A stretch of DNA of 64,000 bases from Octopus sinensis (Eukaryota), in contig NC_043001.1 in NCBI RefSeq assembly GCF_006345805.1, forward strand, positions 56,668,001 to 56,732,000. The letters are read 5' to 3'. Shown in pieces: positions 13,798 through 28,125 of this stretch. Position numbers and translations under genes: made by a program. Position 1 is the stretch's first letter. Each line of letters begins with the position of its first letter. Below the pieces are notes generated by a model that was not told the origin of the DNA, did no database searches, and saw only the letters and a list, made by a program, of their open reading frames with translations.

Positions 13798-15342
13798 ATA
13801 ACACGTTATTGTAAATCTACAGAAATATATTTGCAATCAATTTGATATATTAATATATATTAATTTAATCATATTTTTTTATTCCTTCTCAGCCAATCAA
13901 ACAATCAATAAAATTTTTATCTATTTTTTGTACGTGTCACAAACACACACAAATACACACACACACCACTAAACTAAGTTTGCATTGTAAAAATGCCCCA
14001 CCCACACGGTGATCTGAAAATAACGATAAGTTTCAAAAAAACCTTCGTGTCTAAGCCAATGCCGGGACAAACTTCGAAGTTAATGGCAATATTTTTCATA
14101 TCAAAGCAATGTGATACGCTACTTTAACTTTACTGTGTGATCTTTCAATTAATGTCTGTCTGTTTTATGTATATAATTACACATAAAAAGGAACATTTAT
14201 GGACACGCACAGACATGCATTACTGGATATACATATATATATATACGCACGATATTTTTCTTTAGTGAGTTTTAGTATATTTCATCCATCATATTGTCAA
14301 GGCCATACTGGATCACTTACTTCCAATTTGAATGTTCTAAGATTCTGATTTGTCGATGGATTGGTTTGTTCAATATGATTTGCCATAACAAAATGCTTAT
14401 CCAACGAATAAGTATAAAAAAATACACTTTCATTGTAGACTTTTGCAGATGCTTAATCTGATATCTACGTTAGACAGAAATGTCTGATCTAATATGTATC
14501 AGGAATGAAATTTGGTAACATTAAGCGTGTCAGACGAAACTTTTGGCCGTGTTTCATAATTGTTTTGGAAGACATTTAGACAACTCATTAACTTTGGATA
14601 GAAAACTATTGCTGTATAGATTCCTGTATGTGAGGTTGATGTCAGAGAGTAGCTCTATTGCCTATTTTTCTCTGTTTTATTGGAACAAGATTTTTCCAAG
14701 TTTCGAACAAGATTATTCACAAATATTTTCTGACATGTCAATATTCGAATGAGTGAACATAATACCCAGAAGAGCACACAATACTTAATTTCTACGATTT
14801 TACTTTAATTTACTGAATGCGTTTGTACCGCCTCTAACGGGTAGATAAGGCTATAATACTTGAAACACATACATACACGCGCAAACACATATGTCCTAAT
14901 TTGTTAGTATCATATTAGTGATGTGCTCGTAGTTGTTCGGTATCACGGACTGCGTAGTTTTCTCTGACAATTATGAATAACTGAAGGGGAATAAGAACGA
15001 CACAGCACTTCCTACTATGAACACTCGGGTTAGGGTTTTGTTGGCTATCAACATCTGTCTTTGGTCGCTCAGGAAATGAAGAGTCCACACATTCAACTGA
15101 AATTTGAATACCAGCGTTTTCGAGTTTGTGACGTGTGATTCCATAGGCATATTTTTTAAATACTTTGCTCTTTACACCGTAGAGAATTTGGATGCGTTGT
15201 TGAAGCTACACCAGACATTTTGATCTGAAGTAGAACCTATACAGGGCGTTGTTAAAATACTTCTGCTGTTCTACATTATGCATGCATGCATACATACCAT
15301 ACATACATAGATACACATACACACAGATATATATATTTATAT

Positions 15343-15655
15343 ATAGGCATAGACGTGTCGTTAAGGACCAATGAACGGCAACTTTAGATATTGTCTTCTA
15401 CGACCAATGCTTTATGCTGCCCTATCGTATATGTGTGTGTATTTAGTATGAATAGATGTATGTAAGTGTGCGGGTGTGGTGTGTCTGTCTGTCTGTCTGT
15501 CTTTATGCTTGTCACCTACCATTTCTTGAAAATTGTATTAGTTTGTACCAACAGAATAAGTACTAGCTTTTGAAATAAGTACTAGGGCTAATTTCTTCAT
15601 CTAAATACTTCCACCCTGCAGTCAAATGATTGAAACAAAGAAAACAGGAGGTACA
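15343..15655 (+). mobile_element. SINE family A-like, strongly decayed
   Basis: gaataagtactag and gcagtcaaatgattgaaacaa 3' motifs around a (GT)/(GTCT) tract. Confidence 0.45.
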
Positions 15656-16343
15656 TACATTCATATATGAATATAAAGATATGTATGCATACATACATAC
15701 ATTTATGCATACACACATGAACACACACACAGACACACAGGCGCGCACAGATAGACAGGCATACTCAAACACTCACATTTACACACAATTACTTAGAATA
15801 ATAGTTTTCCTAATTTTATGATGGGGCAAACGACTACAAAAAGCAAGCAAGATTGGATACGTTGATAGATAGATCAATCTACCTATCTAGGTAAATAGAA
15901 ACAAAGAGGGGGATGTAGATAAAAAGGCAGGGAAGGATGGCGAGGCAGAAACTGTTAGACAAGTGTTAGTGGAGGCGGTAACAGAGAAATGATGGGATAA
16001 AAAATGAATGAAACGTCGTTGAATGAATGGCGACACATTTATACGCGTGAGTAAACATACATATACATACTTATAGAGCTATATACAGCTACATACACTG
16101 AGAACTGTAATAATTTTGTGTTGTGATGATTTTGGTAAAGTATTGGTTAATGGAGGCGGTGGAGGTGTTTTTATTTTTTTAAGTAGTAAGAATCTGACAG
16201 CGGAGTACTTTATTGATGTGAACTGTAATTTAAAAGAAAATACGTATGATTTAACGTTCTCACCTCATTGCAAGTAAATATCGTCACCACCACCTGAACC
16301 AATATGACTATCAACATCAGCAAATAAATATGCAGCAAATAAG

Positions 16344-16622
16344 TACCACCACCACCACCACCACCACCGCCGCCGCCGCCGCCGCCGCCACCACCACAGC
16401 CTCTGCCGCCTCCGCCGCCTCCGCCGCCTCCGCCACCACCGCCTCCGCCATCACCACCACCACCACCACCATCCCACCGCCGCCGCCGCCGCCACCACCA
16501 CAACCACCACCGCCGCCGCCGCCATCACCACCACCACAATCCCACCGCCGCCACCACCATCACCACCACCACCACCACCACCACCACCACCACCGTCACC
16601 GCCGCCGCCGCCACCACCATTT
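16344..16622. repeat. GC-rich compound (CAC)n/(CGC)n triplet repeat
   Basis: Directly visible, C-rich on the + strand. Confidence 0.95.
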
Positions 16623-18064
16623 ACCATTGCCATCTCTTTTATTTTCCCTTCTTTTCTCTCTGGCTATCGTCTCCTCTTTCTCCTTTTCGTTCCTTCCATT
16701 AGCGTGATGCAAAAAAATATGAGGTATGAATATACTGCTATACCAATAAAAAGATATTCATATGAATATATTTGTGCAGTCTTAGAATAAGATATATGGT
16801 TAACTAATGTTTTAAGGTATGTGTGCGTATAGATAAGATTATGTGTGTATGAGTAAGTATGTGTGCATGTGTGCATGTGTGATACTAAGAAAGGTCGAAA
16901 TATGCTTTATGAAAACAAAAATAAATAATAAAAATGAACCGCAAAATATGTACAAGATGATTATGCTGTAATCTAACCAATGAATATGGCAAATAACTTT
17001 TCCATTTGAAGATCTATAGAACTATATTCCAAAATAGATCAAAGAGGTGAAGTATTAGATTAAACGTCAGCATATTAGAGCATATTAAATCAGCCTCTGA
17101 TGCTGGCCATAACTCTGATACGTATTTTAAAATGACATCTAGTCATTTTCTGAGATTAAGCTACCCTTTGGTAAATTATTTTAAAGAACTTCTTTTCTAC
17201 TAATATTATCAGAGAGCCATGTCTTTAGCGAATATATCCATATCCTATTTGTCTGAATGCTAGCAAATATAATTATAGAATTTTCGACATTCTTCCAAAT
17301 TTGCTTTCTTTGCCATTTTTATTTTTATTTTTATGACAACACTGGCATAATGTCTTTACGGAACCATCACTTCAGTAATTTCTCTCCCCTGAAGAAATAT
17401 ATGATCTTCTAAGACATCAGAGGAACTTTTCAATGAAGGAGAAAACATTTAGAGGCCAACTAATATTTGAAATGTTCGCCCTTGCTGTCAAAAGTACAGT
17501 GATGCGCTTAACATTCCTGCACATTTCTTTACCAATTTCTAGGCATTTGTCAGATATATTTATTCTTTTATGTGATTCAGAAATACTTACCTTGCTTATT
17601 TTCGACGTTCCCCTTCCACACCCATCCTCAAACAGCAATTTCTCATCATTTACCATCAACAGTGACCCAGAAATTTACGGATTTCGAAATGTAAGTCGTG
17701 GTATGTTTCCAATGATATATTAAGATACTGAAAGATAGTAATGGCTCAGAGTACAAAGGAAATAAAGTAAGAAATTACTCGTTTACCCCCATTCTAAAGA
17801 TTTACCTGTGCTGAATGTCAGTTAGCAGAATATTTGTGTTTGAGAAAGAAAAAAAAACTGTAAACTAATAAGTACTTTACGTTGAAGGTTTTGTTTACTC
17901 CTTACTAAACCGTCAACAATTCCTAAATCGGCAGATGGTAAAGCAACTCAATTCAGAATGGTAAGTTTTCCTTAATGAGTGGATACACCTTTAACCTTTT
18001 ACTAAGGCTTCCTTTGGTTCTATGTTTATTTAGAGGACTTCGAAACCCATTCATATTACTTTTT

Positions 18065-18475
18065 TCTTGTTTTCTTATATTTGTTTCACTCACAGGACTG
18101 CAGTTACGCAGTGGCACTCCTTGAAGAATTTAGTCCAGCAAATCGATCCCATTACTTATTTTTATTGTCTGGTACTTTTCTTATTCTATCGATCTCTTTT
18201 GCCGAACCGCAAGTAAAACATGCATGTAAACAAAGCAATATTAGCTGTGAAGTGGTGGTAGTGGTGAAGGAAAAACAAATTTATACACGCGCATACACAT
18301 GTATATATAAGCATATCTATATGTATCAGAATTTACGTTTACCAAATTCACTTACAAAACATTGGTCAGCCACGGGGCTTTCACAGAAGCCCTAGGTGCT
18401 GCGCAGTAGGAATGAACCCGAAACCAAGTAGCTGCAAAGCAAGCATTAATCACACAGCCATGCCAGCGCCTATAC
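18065..18475 (-). mobile_element. SINE family A, decayed
   Basis: Reverse-complement head (cacacagccatgccagcgcc) and 3' domain (ttctatcgatctcttttgccgaaccgc). Confidence 0.7.
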
Positions 18476-18606
18476 TTGAGAAATACATTCTATTACTTTG
18501 ATTTTCACATATTTCTTTTTGTCAGTTTTTGAACTATTATGTTAATAATAGCAATCTTAGCTTACAAGTTTCTGTATTGAACCATGGCAATGTTTGTCAG
18601 TGAATA

Positions 18607-18773
18607 GGGCAGCGAGCTGGCAGAATCGTTAGAACGCCTGGCAAAATGCTTAGCGGCATTTTGTTCGTCTGTAGTTTCCGAGGCTCGATGAAATAAATAT
18701 CAGTCGAACACTGTGATCGATGTAATCGACTTAGTCGCACGAAATTGCTGCCCTAGTCCCAAAATTTGAAACC
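18607..18773 (+). mobile_element. SINE family B
   Basis: ggcagcgagctggcagaatcgttag...aaaatttgaaacc, with an internal deletion. Confidence 0.8.
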
Positions 18774-21700
18774 AATATTTATAAGTGAATAAAGGCCCTC
18801 TTCATTTATTTTTCAAAGGTTATTAGATTTTTTTATTCCCTATCTTTAACAATTTTATCGATGAAAGTAATTTGAGTTTAAATATGTTGAAACTAGTCAA
18901 AATCTATGCACTTAAATGAAACAATAAGAACGGTAATAATGTTGATTCTTCATAGGAATATATGGTTATGATGACATATATGGGCATGTGTGCATGCATA
19001 TGTGTATATGCGCGTGTAAATATCTGCTAATGCAAAATTTGTCAATACAGCAGTGCTACTACTGTTTATAGCTATATGAATTACAAGTAGGAGGTCTGAG
19101 CTTCTTGAAAGTTAATTTTCTGCCGTAAGTCCTATATCCTATTATCTTGAAAATTCTCAAGTGATGCCTTTGCCAATCATATAGACGTTATTGCAGTTTT
19201 AACCCCAGATCTGCCGTGATCGATCCAACTATTATGATCAAGCTATTAGAAATCCTGATAACTATCAATATCGTGTCATAGAAAACTTTGAATCGTTTTG
19301 GGCCACATTACTGTCAATACTGCCTGATAGGTTCAGTTCAGGAGATCTTTAAACTGTAGTTATTAGGTCTTATAGTCTAAAATGTATAGTTCGAAATGAG
19401 AGGGTCAACAGAAAGTTTGATAAAATACATCGAAATATTTTGTTCGGATATTCAAATCTTGCTGAAGTCAACTTTGCATTATATTCTTTCATGTTCCATA
19501 AATGAATCACCGATCTCGGATGGTAGACGGGTGCAATTGCTAGAATATAGAATGCCTGCAGCGTCATTTCCAGCCCTTTTCCACTGAGCGGCAACGTGGA
19601 GGAGCACACTGGCACCCGGCCCTATTGACCTATGGACAACCTTGTGTCATGAAGAAGGCAAACTCGTGAACTGCTACTTCTCATACAACCGCTTCCTTAA
19701 CAGTCTTGCCTTGCCCTGCATCTTGTTGAGCGACTTTCCAGATACACACTTACGGTCTAACGAGACATGTAAATACTCTGGAGCGTATAAACATAATGTA
19801 TATTATTTTAATGCCGTTGCATGAAGTTGTTGCAACTAAGAAATGCCATAAGTCTCATCCGACAGCTAATTAGATTTTTTTCATGCTAATATACCATGTG
19901 TCGCTTAAATATTTGTGTTATTTTAACTTCATTCTGTGATTCATCTGTTTGCTATAAAAATCTCTACAACATGTCTGATACTTTAGTTAACACAAATAAA
20001 TGTCAGAATGATGAGAAATGCAGTCAGTAGAGCGTACAACAAATTTACCTGTAATATTTCGTTACTTTGTTCTGTCTGAGGATGTCTTTGTGTTTTATTA
20101 TTTCTACAGTGATAAACTGAAATAAAGTATTGAGTTTGTTTTAATTGACCACGCCTACCCAAACATAATTGTTATGCTTATTCTAATACTCCAAATAATT
20201 ATAAACTGATGTAAGAACGAGTATAAACTATATAAACAATTTTTCACTTCTATTTTGACTTGCTGTCCTTCCCTTTCTTTTGATTTACTTAAACATTATT
20301 AAATAATGTTTATCTTTCTACGACACAGGTGTCTTCGATTAATTAGAGTTATACTTACTATATTAAATTTGTGAATGCTTACTTCACTAAATAATAAAAC
20401 GTATATTATTTAGGCGTAGGTATATCCAAGCAGTTAAGAAGTAGTGTTTCGTAATCACAGATACTGTGTTCGATCTCATTGCATAGGACGTTGGCTTTGG
20501 ATATGTATATTCTACCAAGCCTCAAAGTTAACCCAAACCTTGAATTGAAATTGAGTATTGAAAATGTATGGAAGCCTGTCATAGCAATTTCATATCTTTT
20601 AGGATCGTGTTGTCAGTCAGGCACCTTCTTTAACACCATCACTGCCTGCTTCACGAGTGCATTTGCTAGAGACCATTCTGTTGCAAGTATTTCACCATGA
20701 TGTACCCTGATGTACTGCTTTGTACTGCCCCAAACCATGAGGCGCATGTTTTCCTCTTCACGCCCTACCCGTTTCAGAAACCAGCAAAGTCAAGACGATA
20801 CTCACCAATTGTTGCCTGAACTATACAAAATAGCTGTTTCCTTCTTATTCTTCATAAAGCACATGCTGTCGCTAATCCATTTAACTTTAGATCTCTCGTA
20901 AATTCTTATGACTTTAAGAAAATGTTAGAAACCTATATTATAAAAATACGGTTAACAGATAACTTTGTACCCCAGCATAGACATCACTCAACGACGAGTT
21001 GAGCTTGTCTTTCAGCTTGGTAAGGACCGAGAAAACGAACATCAGCAACATACTACAATATATTCAACTTTACCTTTCACAAAAGGCTGCCTTGTTTTTA
21101 CATTTCTAAGTTCACGTATCCCTGAAGCAAGTTTCTCTCTCCTAACTGTAATATATTCTTGTTCAATTTAATTGACTCTCATCCATTCCAATCTATTCCA
21201 AAAAAGTGGTGGGGAGGGTTGTGTTAGTGAGCATAAATCATCATTATATGTATATAAGTGATACCTTACAATGTTAAAATGTTGAAGGTTTGAAATTTTA
21301 AAGAGTCAGGTAAGGGAATGTTATGCTTTAATGTCTTTCATATGAACTTCAGTAACATGATTAAAGCGAAATAGTTCTGGTGTCGAATCAAATCTGATTA
21401 GGATTCCACCTCTTTCCTCAACACGTTTTTTCAAACAGAAGAAAAGCTATATTTCTTATACTCAGCACGCTGTCATACAACTTCTTGTTTAAAAGGGGAT
21501 GAAACCATTACAAAGCAACAGCCTTTATATGTTCCTTTATCCACACAGAGCTAACAGCCAATTGCCCCACCACCAAACAAAAACCCTTCTGTCTTAAAAA
21601 GAAGTCCCGTTACGTACTCTTATATTTTCTTCAAAGGATGGGAATATTAAGCATGACAAGTTTAACCAGAGATTACAGCACAAACTGACTGTTTTAACAC

Positions 21701-21782
21701 CTCCATATAGTATATATATATGTTTAGGATATACTAAACGCTTCTGACGTAACAACAATAATACTTATAGCTAGAATGTATT

Positions 21783-21918
21783 GAACTAGAAATCAATGAA
21801 ATAAAGAGGTTACAGTACCAGTGATTGTAAGGAAACTTGGAGTGATTAAAAACAGAACTGAAAATTATTTGAGAATGATCCCTGGCTTACCATCAATGTC
21901 AGAATTGCACAAGATTGA
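21783..21918 (+). mobile_element. R4/Dong-like (restriction-like endonuclease) LINE C-terminal fragment
   Basis: ELEI...TVPVIVRKLGVIKNRTENYLRMIPGLPSMSELHKI resembles the VPV.IGALG.I...LQK RLE tail. Confidence 0.6.
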
Positions 21919-21925
21919 TTGTTTT

Positions 21926-22640
21926 AAGTGTATCAAACGTTCCCGGACTAGTTCTGTAGCCCACCAACAGATGGCAGCACAGAGTTGCGTGCGCAACGAG
22001 AGCTAGCAGTGACCTTCACGAAGCAGTGTGCCGAGTGACAACGCTGTGTTTACTTTGCAAGTTGTGAAATTTTAGTTTATATGATCATGTGTATGCTGTA
22101 GTCTGCGATTTTGTTATGGACAGGCATAAATAGCCAACGTGAAATTTTGAGTTAAACTTGGGACGTGAGCTACAGAATCATTGGGCATGTTTCGGTAAGC
22201 TTACAGCGATGAGTCTTACACAATGTTTCGAGTGACACGAGTACTTCAACAGTGGAAGAACGTTCCTAGAAGACGATGAGCAGTCTGGAAGACCTGCTAC
22301 GAGCGTCAACCTTGGAGATGTTGTATTGTGCATTGAGAATTCGATTCCCATGGACAGACCGTCAATTGAAAGTTCTACCGTGACATTTTGAAGCGTTTAA
22401 GGGAGGACATTGGGCGGAAACGACAGGATCTGTAGAGTGCGATTAGGATTTTTCACCGAGCTCTCCGCACTTGTGAGCTTCTCGCCAAAAACAACATGGT
22501 ATCACTTCTGAACCCGCCATATTCGCCAGATTTAGCACCTGTAGACTTCCATCTTTTCCCCCAAGGTGAAAAGGCAGCTCAAAGGTCAGCGTTTTAACAC
22601 TGTTATCGAGATCCAAAGCTAATCGCAGAAAGTTCTATAA
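21926..22640 (+). mobile_element. Mariner transposon, internally deleted and decayed
   Basis: Translates to ANVKF.VKLG, LEDDEQSGRP, GQTVN..FY and PYSPDLAPVDFHLFPK. TIR-like start tatcaaacgttcccggact. Confidence 0.85.
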
Positions 22641-22682
22641 ATGTATGCAGTGAGATTCTGAAAAAAAAAATAGTAATAATAA

Positions 22683-22874
22683 TCCTTTCTACCTTAAGAA
22701 CAAGACCTGAAATCTTGGGCGAGTAGGCTAGTCGAGTCCATTGATCCCAGTTTTTAAGTGGTACTTAATTTATCGACCCCGAAAAGAAGAATGACAATAT
22801 CGATCATGGCAGAATTTAAACTCAGAACTTAAAGACGAACGAAATGTTCGGCGGGCTAACGATTCTGTGAGCTC
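22683..22874 (-). mobile_element. SINE family B
   Basis: Reverse-complement match. Further fragments at about 23180-23470. Confidence 0.75.
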
Positions 22875-22926
22875 ATCCCAAGAACAACAACAGTAATAAT
22901 AATAACAATAAATAATAATAGCAATA

Positions 22927-23180
22927 AAGGTCGTGCCTATAATAATTGGTGAGCTTGGGATAGTAAGCCAAGATATAAACAAATGGCTGAAGATTGAAAA
23001 AGAATGCCCTGTAGAGCTCCTGCAGAAAGTTTGTCTCTTGGGGACAGCAAGGATTCTGAAGTGGGTTCTAAACGCTTGAAAGACTACTGAAAGCTTGTGG
23101 ATACCTAAGGTTACCGGTAATAACCAGCTACCCACATAAATCCGACCAGGAATAAAACCAGACCTACGCCAAACCAAATG
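22927..23180 (+). mobile_element. R4/Dong-like LINE 3' end
   Basis: KVVPIIIGELGIVSQDINKWLKI...VELLQKVCLLGTARILKWVLNA* followed by a short UTR. Preceded by (AAT)n. Confidence 0.7.
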
Positions 23181-24829
23181 ATAAAGATTGTTTCAAATTT
23201 AAGCACAGTCAATAATTTTAGAGAAGGAGATTAGAGGTTACCATCAACCCCAGTACTTGACTGATACTTTATTTCATCGAGGGATGAAACGCAAATTTGC
23301 CCTTTGCGCCATTTGAACTCAGAAAGTAAAGAGCCGTAACCAATACCGCAAGATTTGTTTCTAACATAGACAGAAGACCTGAAATGTCAGGAAGATAGGA
23401 TTAATTGATTAAAGTACATGACTGGTACTTTAATTTATCGATGCCGGAGATATGAAATGCAAATCAACTTTAAAAGTATTTCTGGATAACGTAATAACCG
23501 AAATTTCACATAACATAGTAATGAATACATGCACACTCTTATCTTATTCCACTTATAAAGGAACAGAGCCAAGAACTCTGATATTAGATTTACTCAGGTG
23601 ATTTGTCGGAGAAAATAGTTATCAATCATTCAGTATATAAAATAAGAGATTTACTATATAACAGTGATTAGTTAGAGTAAATTATCTGCTCATGAAAATT
23701 GAGAAGCCAATGCATAAAGAATTATATTATGTAACCAGCCATACATAACTTTGTCATTTGGGAACATTAATCTATTACTACCAACTGTATTAGTTAATTT
23801 CTAAATCTATATGGTCTCTCGGGACTGTTGATTTACCTCCTACTTTGTCAGTTAGTCTCTTAACCACCTATACGGTCAGTTTTATAATTGGTGTATCACT
23901 TACTATATCCTCGTCATATTGATGCTTTGCCATCTCACAAGGTGAGATGACTCGCTATAAATATTAGCTATATTTCCCTTGTATCATCATCCTCTGCTAT
24001 CCCAGAAAGGAATAGCAGACGAAGCAATTTGTTCTCAGCTACATTGTATCTAGGAAAATGAAGTGATGGTCATAAGTGGAAATCTTTCGAGCATATGTTT
24101 TCTGTGTCAGCATTGACTAGTGGCTAAACATCAACAACATCACCTATACCATCACCAACCTCAGCAACTTTTCCCTAAAACTTCAGCTTCTTTCTCAGCT
24201 TTCTCATTTATCGAAGGTGACTCAATATGTTTGAAGAGAGTTGCTAAATCTTCCTCAAATGAAATCCTACAGTCTCAAATAAAGGCAGACACGTGATATA
24301 AGGTAATCCCAGATAATCCTAAAAAGCAGAATAATCACAGCTCGAATGCTTTTGATTGAAGGTTTCTCTCAATGAAGGTTGCTAAATAATAACAATAATA
24401 ACAACAGCACCACAGCCTATTTCTTTGAAAACTGTCCAGCCCGCTACATCAAAAGCAAACTTCTCTTCACCACACATGAATATACTTTTTTTGGACATTT
24501 TATTGAGTGTTTTTGCTACCACAGAAAAGGTTTAGATCTGACTGTATCAAAGCCTGATAAGACGCAATTCAATTAACATGAAAATATTTCAGTTATAAAC
24601 CCAGCTTCTTTTAGTGCCAGGCTAGACATATGTTTCTGTATATAATTAATTGTAGAGTTGAAAGATGTGGAGCTTCAAACCACAAAATTTACCCGCAGAC
24701 AGCAACATATTTCTAGTGTTTACACAGATTTATCTATTGAGAGGGAAACAATACATTTTCTTATGTTATTTATAAACAAGTGTCTTCTAATGGAAATCAA
24801 CAATCAGCATACAATAACATACACACATA

Positions 24830-24990
24830 AGCACGCACAAACACATACGTACATCCATCCATACAAACATACATACATACATACATACATACATACATAC
24901 ATACATACATACATACATACATACATACATACATACATACATACATACATACATACATACATACATACAAACACATATACAAATGTACAT
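24830..24990. repeat. (CATA)n microsatellite
   Basis: Directly visible. Confidence 0.97.
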
Positions 24991-27314
24991 GCAGATTGTG
25001 CATTTATAACGAAAGACTAAGCTGAACACACAAGTAAAATTAAAATTATTGCAGTACTATAGGGAATTTGACCTATAAATACACAAATAAATATATTTAT
25101 AAATAAACAAATAAATAATTAAATTGCTTATGATATAATGGAATGGATTTTATCTAATTTCTGCATCTTTTTTTTCTGTTTTCAATTTTGTTTATGAATT
25201 CTCTAAATTCTTTCATTGCAGCAAGCTGAAGCTATAATCTTTTAAAAACCTAATAAATATGTTCTAATCTTGAACAAGATTGTGAAGAACTGAGTCACTG
25301 ATAGAGCAGAAGAGGAATAAAAAAAGGTTATATACCTCTTTATTTCTGGTTTATTATGAGATATGGTACAATAGCTAAGATAAACATCTACAGTTAATGA
25401 CTAACTGAATGAAAGAACGAATAATGAATAGAGACCAGTAAACACTGCTTTAGATCAAACTCAGAAACACTGCCCGATAATACCATGAAAGTAAAACATC
25501 ATACACAAAAGATATAGTATAATTCACATCAAAGAGTATTGACAAATGTGATTGGTTTCAGAGATAATGAAGTAAACGGGCATTGTGAAGTTCATGGAGA
25601 AAATATCCAAAATAAATTGAAATAAATTCAATAAAATAATTTCAATGACCATAATGACCCAGCACTTATATTCTGATTCTTAAAAGTTACTCTAAGAATG
25701 ATGAGAAATTCGTTTTACCCCGGAGAATACACTGGTCTATCTAATGTAACTTTCCGTAGAAAGATTTTCCAATCCACTTGATAAATTATCCCACAATATG
25801 CTCTATACTAATATTCACCATAAAGTATGAGCTTTAGGCGAGAAGTATTGAAAGCGATATTCGATACAGTAAACGATATACACTAAGATGCGTAACAATA
25901 GTAAGATATCAAGAAAACTATTAGAAAAATGTCTACTCTCCTTAAGATATTAGAAACCTTTCAGCTCTTTTTTTTTTTCAAGAAACTTCATTTCAACAGA
26001 CGATACTTGAAATCATAAAACATATTTCAAGATATATTTTTTCAATATATAATCTGTTTAAAATACTTTTTCGTTACATACACTTTTCCAAAGTATATAT
26101 TTTTAATATAATTTTTTCATTATATATATTTTTAAATGTCATGCAAACATTTGGCCGCGTCGCCAGACAAAATATAAATGATTTACGCCGGAAAATGACA
26201 AGGAAGTAGCACACTTAGTGTCATTTCAATTGCAAGGCTCCTTTTACGAATGGTCATCTTTAGTCCGATCATATTTAGAAGGAGATAATTCAAGTGTCCA
26301 GAACATGGAATCTTTATAAGTTCGAATAGAAACCTATCGGAGAATAGTTCGTATTTCATCAGTTTTCGATCCTTTGGTACGTTAGGAAACCCGGATTAAG
26401 TGCCGATTTTATCAGTTATTGTTAGAAAAAGTATCACTGCAAGTCGTACCAATATTAAAGTCTTGCTGTATAAGAATGGGACGATTGAGATGTCGTCTTG
26501 TCTTTTTCAGTTATTTCGGTCTTATCCTGCTGATACTAGTTTCAATGAAAAACTACTTACCTCTAAACGTATGGACAATATTACTGATGGTGGCGTGCCG
26601 AGAGAAGCAACTGGTGGGGAGTTGACACAGCTACAAGTGGCGTCCGAAACGTCTGCTATAGATATGCGGCTGTATATGTGCAGCGCAGCTCTTAGACACA
26701 CAATTCAAACCCAAGTGAAATGCCGATTCGACAACTTGTTATCTTGCTGGGAAACAATGATGAACGTTGAAGGTATTGTCAGTGGACTCTAAAGCGAAAA
26801 TGAAACTCTGTAACCGATACTGGTCTGGTAAATGTTACAAGGTTAACTGCGACTTACCAATAGTAGATTGCGTTTTAAATCAACTTTGCAGGACTATCCG
26901 AGGCTTCATAACACAGAATGGTGTTCTATCGTTGTGGAGCTGACAGTGTAGTAGTATTTTTTATGGAGTAAGACTGCATTATCTAATGCGTCATTCTTTT
27001 ATTGAAGATATCAGGATGTAATTCTGCATTTAGCGGAACAAGTGAACATGCAGAGTTTCGTTTATTGGTTTAACTTTTGTATATAATTTTATATGACCAG
27101 GGTAATGTATAATTTGTTCTACGCCAGAAAAGAAATTGTAAGCACTAAATTGCTATTGACATTGTTGTTATTGAATAACATTGTACATAAATAAATTAGC
27201 GAAATAATTAACACAATCTTGTCCTGTGTTTTACATTCTGCATTGCAGTATCTTCCTTTGTAGAGGCGCAGAGTGTATTTCTACTGAAGCTATTAGACAT
27301 GATATAGTCGTTGG

Positions 27315-27500
27315 TGTTTAGTTCATCTGATACTCAGCAGACCAGTGATTAAAGACGTTCGAGTTATGATCATCCTGTCTTCATAGAAACATACCTAGGC
27401 CTATATTATCCAATGACATTTTTCAGTACGACAGTATGTGACTGGGGGAAGATTTGGCAGTGATTTCTAGTATGTGGCTACACGAGACACAGTCGTTGGG
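27315..27500 (+). repeat. Old dispersed repeat family E (representative copy)
   Basis: Motifs gtttag.....tcagcagac..atga..aaag...tcc...atga.catcc and gatttggc.g..atttctag recur near 4000-4150, 4720-4870, 5130-5250, 24170-24370, 35880-35960, 46975-47170, 59330-59420 and 60590-60720. Confidence 0.45.
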
Positions 27501-27977
27501 TCATCTATGATACCTTTATGTCATTTACTAATATCAATTCAATTTAGATTCAGGGAAACTATGTATCTATGAAATAATCATCAATATACAAGACACGCCA
27601 CTTGGGTGAACAACCCATCACAAGTTTATTCTGTTATGTGTTACATGCTTTTTCAACATTACAGAATATATCGTCTATCATGGTCACTAATGTTATACTT
27701 CAAGGGAACTTCACTTCTGTGACACTATTGGGTAACTGGGTCATCATTTAAAACACCACTTGGCATATCATCTAAAATGAACACTAACTTCATTAACAGA
27801 TAAAGATGATTATTTCGTTGATGAAGGATTGAAACCAATCCACCATTCTGTTTAGAAAGATAGTGTATATGAAGTTAAGGCGTCTACATGTTTCTGTATA
27901 CAAAGTGTTAGCTAAAACCTGCATATGTAGTTTGCAGTGAAGTAATTTATTAATTCTAATATATATGATAGTAGTAA

Positions 27978-28092
27978 GGCGAGCTGACAGAATCGTTAGC
28001 ATACCGGACAAAGTACTTAGCAGCATTTCGTCCGTGCTTACGTTCTGAGTTCGAATTCCACCGAGATCGATTTTACCGGTCAGCCTTTCGAG
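27978..28092 (+). mobile_element. SINE family B 5' half
   Basis: ggcgagctgacagaatcgttagc...gttctgagttcgaattcc, followed by (TATG)n. Confidence 0.8.
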
Positions 28093-28093
28093 G

Positions 28094-28125
<32 letters not shown>

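Noticed and set aside
17591-17727. Minus-strand exon with good splice sites
   Set aside because: Stop codons in all three frames. It could only be non-coding and has no supporting evidence.
26583-26650. ctgatgg...ccgaaacgtc as a hammerhead
   Set aside because: A9 is mismatched and no consistent stem II or stem I can be drawn.
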